Shown here piece by piece: positions 50,540 to 60,456 of a stretch of 64,000 nt of DNA. The number at the start of each line of letters is the position of its first letter. The stretch's first letter is position 1. The notes beneath the pieces are model-generated. The model saw only the letters and a list, made by a program, of their open reading frames with translations. It was not told the DNA's origin and searched no databases. The position numbers and the translations under genes were made by a program. Location of the stretch: positions 22,258,001 to 22,322,000 of the forward strand of contig OZ241833.1 of assembly GCA_965202585.1 (NCBI GenBank), given 5' to 3'. This DNA is from Thalia democratica (lineage: Eukaryota).

Positions 50540-52545
50540 GGGTAGCTGTCTAAATTGCGCGAGCTTACAAAATTGCACGAGTGGACAAAATTGCACGAAA
50601 ACACAAAATTGCACGAAGATACTTTTGCACGAAGACTAATTTGCACGAGAGCACAAAATTGCACGAAAATAAAATTGAACGTAGACAAAATTGCACGAGT
50701 GACAATTTTGCACGAAAAAGATTTATACAGTACTTGAAAAAATAAAAAACTCAGAATTAAAAATCTAATAAAGAAAGTAAACAAAAAAATTAAGTAAAAA
50801 AAAACAAATCGAATAATGAATAAAAAAATAATAATAATAACTGAATAAAAAGTGAATTAAAAAAAAAAAACAAATTTAAGTAAAAAATTATAAATTAAAT
50901 GTTAAATAGATTAAAACAAAATAAATAAAAAGTCAGAATTAAAAAAATCAAGTAACTAAATAATAAGTTTTTAAAAAATCAAAAAACAAATAATACTTAT
51001 ATAAATTAAAAATTAATAAACTAAATAATAAATACATTAAATTAAAGTCTAAAATAAAAATTAATAGAAAAAGCGAAATTAAATGAATGAATAAATTAAA
51101 TAATTAAACAAAAACTTAGAAAAATAATTATATAAATAAAAATAAATACTAGATTGTAAAATTGTATTCTAACCGTTATTAAAACATAATTACCAAAAAA
51201 AGTTTTGTTTATGTTAACGAAGACTTTTTTTTGTTAAAAATAGAAATTAACTTATTGTAGCTGTTGTATTATTTTGTTGGTTTCATTTTATTCAAAAGCT
51301 TGTATCTCCTTTTTCTTCTAAAAAATTAAGAAGAAAATAGCTTCTGACAGAGCTTTTTCACGAGTCTGGATTAGATAAGAAGAAAAAAATAGCAGGAGAA
51401 TTTTTAGAGCTAATTAGAGTAAAACGCGTGCAAATAGTGATGCAACTAAGATAAAGTTTAACAAATAGAAAATAACGATATATAAATTATGTTTGTATTT
51501 TTAAAACTCTTAGGTTTTGTAGATATAAAAATAAATCACAGAAAATTGGCATACCTTGCCAGATTTTCAATTAAAAGATCTCAAAATTTCAGTATTTTTC
51601 ACCCTATATAGCCTAAATCTTAAATTAACGTTAAATATTTGTAATAAAAAGAATTCTTTTTTTACTTTAAGAACTTGTATTTAGTATCTACTAAACAAGC
51701 TATTAAAAATCGAAATAGATTAAAACATGAGTTTAATTTGCCTTATTTTAGTTTAAAAACAAAGATATTTATACATATGAACTACACAGCCATAACAGAA
51801 CTTTCTATACAGTGCACAATAAAAATTTCATCAGACGGATTTTCTCCTTTTTAAATTTATCTAATTGTCTCACTATTTCGAATGCTCGTTATCTTTCTGT
51901 GCAAAAGTATCTTTGTGAAATTTTGTCCCTCGTGCAATTTTGTACGCTTGTGCAATTTTAAGACCTACCCATGTAAATATAATTTAATTTGTTTTTTTAA
52001 TCTTTTTTTATTTCATATTGAAGTTCAGTACAAATTTAATTTAATTTAAGTTTACATCAATTCATTTCTATTCTTTAATAAGGGTTACTTTTATTAAAAT
52101 AAAATTCTAGTTTTATCTTTATTAAAATTTTTTTTTAAATTCATATTAGTTTTTAAACACAATAATTTAGTTTCAATTAAAAAACAGTTATATAAAAAAA
52201 AAGTAAAATAAAGTTGATTTAAAGCTAATTAAGTCAAAATGAATTACACCAATACATGCTTATTATTTTTTTATATAAAATATAAAGGGTTTTTTAAATT
52301 CTAAATTTAGTTATTTCAAGTTAGTATTTATTTGCGCCAAATTGACCCTCCGTGCAAAACTGCCACTCGTGCAAAATTGACCTTCCGTGCAAAATTTTGT
52401 GCCCGCGTGCAAACTAGTCTTCGTGCAAAATTATCTTCGTGCAGTTTTGTACACTCGTGTAATTTTGTTCTCGTGCAATTTAGTTCCCACATGCAATTTA
52501 GTAACCTCGTGCAATTTTGTCTTCGCGCAGTTTAGACCCGTTCCC
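50540..52545. mobile_element. Foldback-like element(s) with ~18-19-bp AAAATTGCACGA repeat arms
   Basis: Arm 50540-50717 (+) and arms 51891-51970 and 52331-52545 (-) all start GGG(T/A)A...(C)T(T)AAA(T/C)TGC and share the same repeat order (GAAGATAxTTTTGCACGAAGACTA); spacer extremely A-rich; no TSD found. Confidence 0.7.
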
Positions 52546-53681
52546 AATAAAACTATAGCTACATAAAGAACTTGTTAGATTTTAAGATCATCATTTACCG
52601 ATTGTGTATGCTAGGAAAAATTGATGCTTTTTTTGTTAATAGATATGCTTTCTTTTAGTAAAGTTTATAACTAATAGGAAAAAATTAAGTATAAAATAAT
52701 TAGAAATCATAAAACGTCGCTAAAAGACTAAGCTTGTTTGTATGTCTTATAAGAATGATACTAAGAATTTCAACTCAGTCAGATGAAAAATGTTTAATAC
52801 TGTGAATAAATTAATCACAGATTACTAATGTTCAACTTTAGATAACGTAAACAAAATAGTATTTAGGTGAAGCAATGTTACTGTCAAGCGTAGTTAAATT
52901 TAAAATAATAAGTTAATATATATTAATTTTTATGTTGTCGTTTAAAAAAAGACGACAGCTTTTATGAACGAAAATTTTTCTATTTCTAAAACCTGCAAAA
53001 GTATAAAAGGTAACTATTTATAAAACACTATGCCTTTAAATCAACAGTTCTGACTATTTTTGTGAATAACGAAAAAAAAAACTAGTGATAATTTGAAGTT
53101 TAGAAGTAGTAATAATAACAAGACAGTTATACACTAAGTTCTATTAGTAAAACTTGATTTATTGTCAGTATAAATAGTACTTACTTATTTCAAGTTGAAA
53201 CTAGCAATAGTAGAATATAATGTTTAAGTCTTACAAACTTGTTTAAATTTTTATTTGTTACAACAACTTTTGTAGGCTTAACTTAACAAGTGTTTGAACT
53301 GTATTAAAGGAATTTAAAACATAACTTAACATTTATTTTTTGATAATAATAACAATAAAAAAAATCATCAAGTTAATTTACATAGTATTATAATATATTT
53401 CTAACTATATACAAACCACTTAAACACTGTTATGTTTTACTAGAAATTTTTGATAGAAAAACAACTATTGTTGTTTAAACTGTGAATAGTGAAAAAACGC
53501 ATTAAATTTAGTTTGGCTAGTTGCTAATACTCGACTTTTTACTATTATTAATATATACTTTTATTATTTCTTTTTTTTCACTAACGGTTTTTAATTTATT
53601 TTTACCTACAATTATAAAATTATTGATTGACTCAAGCAATTATTTTGACAGCATTTTTGATTTGTAAAACTGAACATAAAA

Positions 53682-54950
53682 ATGGAAAAAAAGTTTCAAA
53701 AATTCAGCAATGCCAGGTTGCCAGGCGACTCAGCAGCTGACGGGGGTGTTGAAGAAAGTCTCGATGACGGTGCTCCCCCGTACACCCGTGCCTCCCAGAG
53801 CTCCTTAACCGAACCCCGCAAGAAAAAAGCGAAGCTGGAAAGTGAATCGCGAAGCAGCGGGTCTCGCGGCAACAGTGATAGTGAAGCCTCAAGCGGACTT
53901 TCTGATTCAAGCGCTTCAACCGTGTATGAAGATTCAAGTGGTTCGAGTGACAGTTCAATAGTATCGTGCGACGGTTCTAACTCCGACGACAAAATATCGT
54001 GTGGTATAGACGAAAAAAGTTGGAAGAAAGGGGCGAGTAGTACTGAAAAAAATTTTAACGAAAGTTACTTCGATTACCAGCAAAATGACAAAGTTCTCAT
54101 GCACAATAATCGTAGTTTTGTGTATGTTGGAAAAAAACGAACTACCAGTTTAGCGGTCGCTATCAAAAAGTTTTACTGTGGCAAAAACATAGACGACTTC
54201 CTAAATGATAACAGTGTACCATATGAGTTTCTATTGCAAGATACAGCAAAGGATATCTGTGTATCAAACGGAAAAGGAAGTGTTTTAAAAGTAGAAGATT
54301 GGTACGTCTTTGACAACTTCTATGTCATAGTTACCGAGTACGACGAAAGCTTCAAATCGCTGCGCGAAATTCTTTACGATGACCTTCGCGATAACATGAG
54401 CAAAATGGAATGCAAGATTATCTTCAAAGTATTGTTGAGTTTGATCTCCGAACTCCATCAGCGCTCAATTTTCCATCTTGATCTGAAGCCTAGTAACATT
54501 CTATACTGCCCACAGGAGCAGCGGATAAAGCTGCTTGACTTCGGCCACGCTGTTGACAAGAGAGATCATCTGTCAGTGACGTCTAGTGGCACAGACAACT
54601 TCCGCACCCCCCAACAAGTCAATAATGAAAAGAATTGCAACGGTGTAGATGTGGACTTGTGGGGGGTAGCACAAATAGTATTTTACTGCGCTCACGGCAG
54701 AGCAGCTTTCGAGACGGAAAGTGCCGTTACGGATAAAGAACCTGCATTTGGAGGACATGTCGGCGATGATGTGAGAGACTTGCTAGGTAGGATGATGTCA
54801 AAAAAGATCGCGGACAGGTTTTCTTCGGAAGAAATACTTGGGCATCCGTGGCTGACTGAAACGAGCGAAACAGAATGGCGGGCTGTGAGCTCTCCTGATT
54901 GGGCGAATGAAAGCTTTCCAGATTGGAAGAATGAAAGCATCGCAGAGTGA
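53682..54950 (+). CDS. Intronless PIM-like Ser/Thr protein kinase with Ser/Asp-rich N-terminal extension (422 aa)
   Basis: VAIK, VPYEFLL, VLKVEDWY, HLDLKPSNIL, IKLLDFG, GTDNFRTPQ, DLWG, DRFSSEEILGHPWL; subdomain spacing matches PIM kinases as recalled. Confidence 0.92.
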   Translation: MEKKFQKFSNARLPGDSAADGGVEESLDDGAPPYTRASQSSLTEPRKKKAKLESESRSSGSRGNSDSEASSGLSDSSASTVYEDSSGSSDSSIVSCDGSNSDDKISCGIDEKSWKKGASSTEKNFNESYFDYQQNDKVLMHNNRSFVYVGKKRTTSLAVAIKKFYCGKNIDDFLNDNSVPYEFLLQDTAKDICVSNGKGSVLKVEDWYVFDNFYVIVTEYDESFKSLREILYDDLRDNMSKMECKIIFKVLLSLISELHQRSIFHLDLKPSNILYCPQEQRIKLLDFGHAVDKRDHLSVTSSGTDNFRTPQQVNNEKNCNGVDVDLWGVAQIVFYCAHGRAAFETESAVTDKEPAFGGHVGDDVRDLLGRMMSKKIADRFSSEEILGHPWLTETSETEWRAVSSPDWANESFPDWKNESIAE

Positions 54951-56192
54951 CTTCTGCATTTATTTTGATTTGTGTTGTTGTTTATTGATGCATTTATTTT
55001 GTTTTTACAATTTATAAGTTATTCCAATGTGTTCTTTTTTTATAATATATTAATATGTTTTTTTTTATTTAACGTTTATTTTCATCCTAATGCAAAACCA
55101 TTTACGTAATATCACTACAAAATTTTTGCTCGAAGTTACGATGTTTTCTATATAACTTAAGAACTGTATTAAATAAAATGAACACTTTCAAATACAACAT
55201 TTGTTTAATATTTAAATAGTTTACATAATATTCTTTTGTATTAATTTTTTTCATATTCATTTTTAAGTCGCTTCAGTTCTTTGTACTTAAGCTCGCTTGG
55301 TTAGATCTCAACAGCGGTTTCACGCGACTATGCTAACCTGATGAGTCCGGTCGTAGGTTGTATCGGATGCTGTTGTTGATCTTGCAGTAAATTTAATTAA
55401 TTGTTAAATATAACAATAAAGCCTTATCTCCAGAAAAAGTGCCTCAAAAATACTCTGAGCAGATTACTGCGGAAATTAAAAAAAGTTAAACAGTCTTACC
55501 AACGTATATAAAAATAGTGTCCTTTTTGAAAACTTAAGGATAATTAAAAACAACTTTTGTGTTTCTCAAGATATATTTTGAAATATATTTAGCTGATTGG
55601 CTAAAGTTTTTGTGAAAAAGATTTGCAACTTACTGTATTTATTTCGACTAAAAGTTCTGTTATTGAAGTTTAAGTACAATTTTAAACACCTTTCTGTCTC
55701 AGTTGAATATATATAATCAAAGCATTGTTTAAAGTATACTTAATTAAAGCAAAATCAATTTAAGAAATGTTGTAATTTTTTAAAACAGCATTAGAAGAAT
55801 TATTTATTCAGTGATTAAGTAATTTAATATCATCAAAAACTAATTACTACTGTTTGCGAGTAAATGTAAGTACATACTTAAGTTTAATACAGTTTTCTTC
55901 TTACAAAAATGTTATTTTTAACTTTAATAACTTTTAAAATATTACGGAATATACTCAAATATAACTTATTCTATTTATTAAGAAAAAATAATCAACGACA
56001 ACCATTAGTATAATGCGTAATCTAAACCAGTTTATTTTAAAATTAAGAAAGAAAAAACAATTTTTAGTGTTAACAGGAAAACGTTTTAGAACAAAAGTTT
56101 TAACTTATCACAAAAGTCATAAAAACCAAATTGAAAACTCAAAAACTTGCATTCAGTATTTATAAAACGTTTCATATTTTCTTTTGCTTCTG

Positions 56193-57595
56193 CTAATGCT
56201 CCGTCAGCTTGGCGCAAGCGCACCAATTCAGTTTCTTTCCCGCGCAACCGCGCCAAGACTTTGCCGACCAACTGGAGTTGACGACGTCGTAGACCAGAAC
56301 CTCGCGCTCGTTGAGAAGCACCAACAGCTCGCTTCCGATCGAAACGACTCCGAGGAGTGGAAGACGCCACCTGGTGGAATGTCGAGGTGGCTGAGGCTTG
56401 AGTAGGACGAACCTGCCGCAAGTCGAGTCGAGCACCTCGCTAGATCGCCCCCCGATCGCGTACAGCTTGTTCCGCACTGCCGCGCACCGGTGGCCCCATC
56501 TGCTCTCGACCATGCTCGCCACGCGTCGCCACCTTCCGGCCGTGACGTCATACGCCTCGGCGGTGCTTGATATCGCGCCGTCCACGTATCCGCCGCACAC
56601 GACCACTCGTCCTTCGAACACCGCGCTGGCGGCCGATTTCCTGGCCTCGTTCAAAACGCCCATCTCCTTCCACTCGTGATTTTCCGTGCAAAACTCAACG
56701 CAAGAGTCGACGCCACGTCCCTGCCATTCCATGCACCCTCCCACTACGCAAATGCCGCTCATGAAAGAGGAAAGGCAGAACAAAATTCGCTTGTCGCACA
56801 TCAACGCCACTTGCTGCCAAGCGCCGGTCGCGGGCGAGTACTTTTCAACTGACCCCACTTTTTGCATTGAGCCGTCGTAACCGCCGAAAACGTACACTTG
56901 GCCTTTCACGCAAGCTGCTTCGGCATACTTTCGCCCGTTAATCATCCGTGGCAGCTTTCTCGACTTGGGAACGTTGTTGAAATTGACGCAGCGCACTCTC
57001 TTACTGACAGTAAAAACCAAACGTCTGTCTCTTATGTCACTTTTGCCTCCACAAAAAACAACTTCAAAGTTACTTTGTTCGCAATACCTGCTGGTAACAT
57101 CGAAGTTTTCCGAGCGAACGTGCTGCTTTTTGAGTAAAGCAGCCTCGATTAAGCCGCGGCACTCTTCGCTCGTGCTGAACGACGGCCTTTCGTCCAAAAC
57201 GTGATGCAAAGCGGGAACTGTCAAGAGCGCGAGCCTGACCTTGGACAGGAGACGCGCCGCGTGTTTGCTCCGCTTGCCAGCTCCGTGCTTCAGCCAGTCG
57301 TCCGCGGCGTTCAAGACTTGCAGCTCCGAGTCGACGTTCAACTGGCTGCTGGAAAGTATTTTCAGCACCGAGAAAAAGTCCAGCTGCGAAAAGTCTTTGG
57401 AGTCGGCGAGGGCGGGGAAGCACCGTTCCGCGTACTTTACGCAAGCTTCCCGCGCAATCCCGAAGAGCGATGACGTCACGATGAGGAGCGCGCAGTTTTT
57501 AATTGTGACGTCGACTTTAAACACGTTGCTTTCCAGCAAGATCTTCTTGGCTTTCAAGGACGCGACAAGCTCGGAGTCGTGCGTGATCGGGTTTC
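56193..57595 (-). CDS. Kelch-like protein exon 2: BACK domain plus 5-6 Kelch repeats
   Basis: BACK motif F..LDF..V.KILSSSQLNVDSELQVLNAADDWLKH; Kelch GG motifs (VFCGG, VYVFGGYDG, ICVVGG, VVVCGGY, LYAIGG). ORF extends upstream of the TTG call to acceptor tttttacag at 57596 (phase 1). Confidence 0.93.
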
Positions 57596-59008
57596 CTGTA
57601 AAAATTACTTGAGATTCTTAAAAGTCAAAACAATAAAACACCAGACCAGTAAAAAAAAAATTCTAGTTGGTTTCAGCTTAGTTCTTTACTTTTTGTTAAA
57701 ACAGCAATTAAAAGGTAATGGTTCTCTAAGCAGATAATCTTTGACCTAAATTTTTTATCGTTAAGGTTTAATCATATTTCCTTTTAAAGTTAAACAATAG
57801 TTTTATAATAATAATATTAAACGCCAAACCTGAAATCTTTTTTGCTTTCGAATTTAATCTACGATCAAACCATTATCATAAAATTCATATTTATTGCAAA
57901 CATTTTACATAGTATATACAAGTTTATAATATTTTAATATCACTACCAAGTTTATTACCTCTCCTTACACCTAGGTGTTACCTTTTGACCTTTTTCCCCA
58001 CTTAATTTTATAAGTTTAAACAATGAACATAAGATAAGTAGTGTCGAAAGATTACATAATTCTGTAATTTTTTTTGTACCAAAGTCACTCCAGCGCAAAT
58101 ACTTTTTTTTTTTTGAATTTAACTTTCAATAGCTATAATGCTAAAAAAGTATTAATTTCGATGAACTAACTGTCTGTGACTTGCTTCACAGCTATTTTTC
58201 AATTTTTTGAAGCGATATGACTAAATTAAAATTTTGTAGAGCTTCGTCAATAAGACATACATAGTTCGTTTTCTTTATGTTCTGCCCTAAAAGGTATCAG
58301 TTTTTTTCTAAACAAAGCTGTAGAAACTTTAGCGGCAAAATGTGCGCGAATTGTACTTTTTCAAAAAATAGTAACTTTCACAAATACTCCCAGTCTCAAT
58401 TAGAGCTTTCTGCTAATGTACATACCCGGTATTTAAAATTAAGACCAATCTAGTTTCTACAAATACTTTTAAGGGACTTTGAAAATTAAATGTAAAAAAA
58501 AGTGTAATAAATTTTGATGTAATAAAAGTTCCAGTTCTCGAAAACATGGTGATAAAAGACTTGAAAAAATATGTATCAATATTATTTACTTGTAATTAGC
58601 AAAAAGTTCTCTACTTAAAAAAAAAATCTAAAATCTTTCCTCAAAAATTGTTTTAAGTTAGAAAAATAATGTACCAAAAAACTTATTTTAAATGATTATG
58701 ATAGCAGAAATAACAAAATGATAGTCATAAAAATATTTACTAAAAAACATGATTAAAAATAATTCAGTATTATAAGAATCTGAATTTATAAACTTTAGTT
58801 GCCAAAATTTGAGTCGCCGTGCACCCTTGCAAGCCCACTCTAACTTTAACCTTAATGTTTTTTTATCTAAAAGATCATAATCTCAAAATTTATTTGTAAA
58901 TACTATTTACTCTACAAATAATTTAAAGTTAAAGTTTTGGAATAAAACTTTTTTTTAATTTTCCTTCATTAACAGTGTGTTAGAACTTTGGTAAAATTCA
59001 AACTTTAC

Positions 59009-59150
59009 CTAAGTCTGAAAGATCTCTTGACCGGACTACTTCTTCGCGACACGCCTTCACAAAACCACAATCTTGTATTTTTGTCACAACCTTTTTGGGT
59101 TGACTTTCATCATTAGGAACTTGATTGTTATTTGAATTAAGTCTTTTCAT
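59009..59150 (-). CDS. Kelch-like protein exon 1 (MKRLNSNNNQVPNDESQPKKVVTKIQDCGFVKACREEVVRSRDLSDLG)
   Basis: ATG at 59150, open 142 nt, donor G|gtaaag in phase 1 matching exon 2; total 514 aa. Confidence 0.7.
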
Positions 59151-59560
59151 TTTAATATTAATGCTCTTAAAAAGGTTTTAATTGCACAAGTTTTAGTTAT
59201 ATGCATAATGGAACATTAGTTAAACTAAATAAAATAATTATTTTTAGCATTTCTTAGAAAATTTGTCACAAGTTTCTAACAAGTTTACATCTAGATTTAA
59301 ACAAACACGAATGTCAGTAAAATATTTAGTGCAATAAAACTTTGTTTTAGATTATGTTACGAAAGATAATAAATGAAGAAAAGTATAAATTTTCTAAAAA
59401 AAACAATTATCAACTTTATAAATTCAAAAAGTTTTACATTTTTATCAAGTAACATTTATTTTTAATTTAAAGTTTTATAGATTAAGGTAAACTTTGCTGA
59501 ATTTATAAATATATTTATTAAATAATTGTACTAATTTTATTATTTTTATCATACAAAAAT

Positions 59561-59690
59561 ATTGCTTATTGAACCATAAAAAAAGCGCTCAAAATTAACG
59601 GTCTAAGGACCTGGTACTTGAAAAAAACTTTCGGTTATTAAGTCGCACACCACTCTCTGTTACCTTTTAACGTCTTGTCCAGGACAATTA
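59561..59690 (-). repeat. Interspersed SINE-like repeat (copy 5, ~400 bp upstream of the Kelch ATG)
   Basis: AAAAGCGCTCAAAA...GGTCTAAGGACCTGGT...TTTCGGTTATTAAGTCG...AACGTCTTGTCCAGGAC on + strand. Confidence 0.75.
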
Positions 59691-60456
59691 TATATTTAAT
59701 TTAAACCTTCAATGACAGCACAAAAACTTGTTATTGAAAAAAAATAATAATTTGTTATATTAGTTTCAACAATTTAAAAAAATCCCAGAGTATACTACGA
59801 TAGCTACTATAGTTTTTAAAATTTCTTAAAATATTTAATCGGATGTTTTTGCGGGCTACAATTGTAGTGATAGTTAGTATGTGATAATTTTTTACTTTTC
59901 AATAAAAAACCCAAAAATATCTAGTCTCAGTTTCATACATCTCGTCAATTATACTGAAAAAACCTTTTTTTCTCTTTTACAAAATATTATATATCTAACT
60001 AAAGCTTCAAAAATTTCTGGTATAACGAGCCAGATTTAAAAGCCTGTTGTAGGCAGTTTGTCGAGACCTACTCTAGAGTCTAGTTATATGTTGCTGAAAA
60101 TTTATGAATTTTATACAAATCATTTACCTTTAAACAATGATAGAAAGAAAATCTTAATTAGCATTACTTCTAACCAAATAGTAAATATCTCGCTTAGTGC
60201 GTGGTTTTTAAATGTTATATGGCTTAAAACAAAACAATTAACTAGTCTAGGGCTAGGCAAATTTATATAAGTAGTAGGCCAGATTAGATATACGACATAT
60301 TTCGCGGGTTGTAGTGACATTTTAACTTTACTAACACATTAAATGAAAAAAAAAAATTGTTTTACAAGAGAACTAAACTAAAAAATCTACTCAATTAAAA
60401 CCATTGTATGCTAAAGCTAATTAAAAGTATATGTAAAATAAGACTCTTATACATAT

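Noticed and set aside
50524-52535. CRISPR-like array or ORFs (50524, 50555, 52332) in AAAATTGCACG repeats
   Set aside because: Eukaryotic context, spacers only ~6-8 nt, no cas genes; ORFs are repeat translations.
50531-52554. TSD for the AAAATTGCACG element
   Set aside because: Flanks ACAAATAAC, ATGTAAATA and AATAAAACT do not match.
53696-54940. Minus-strand ORFs overlapping the kinase
   Set aside because: Shadow ORFs without recognisable motifs.
56086-57612. Many alternative-frame and antisense ORFs over the Kelch exon
   Set aside because: Expected in GC-rich coding DNA; only the BACK-Kelch frame has domain motifs.
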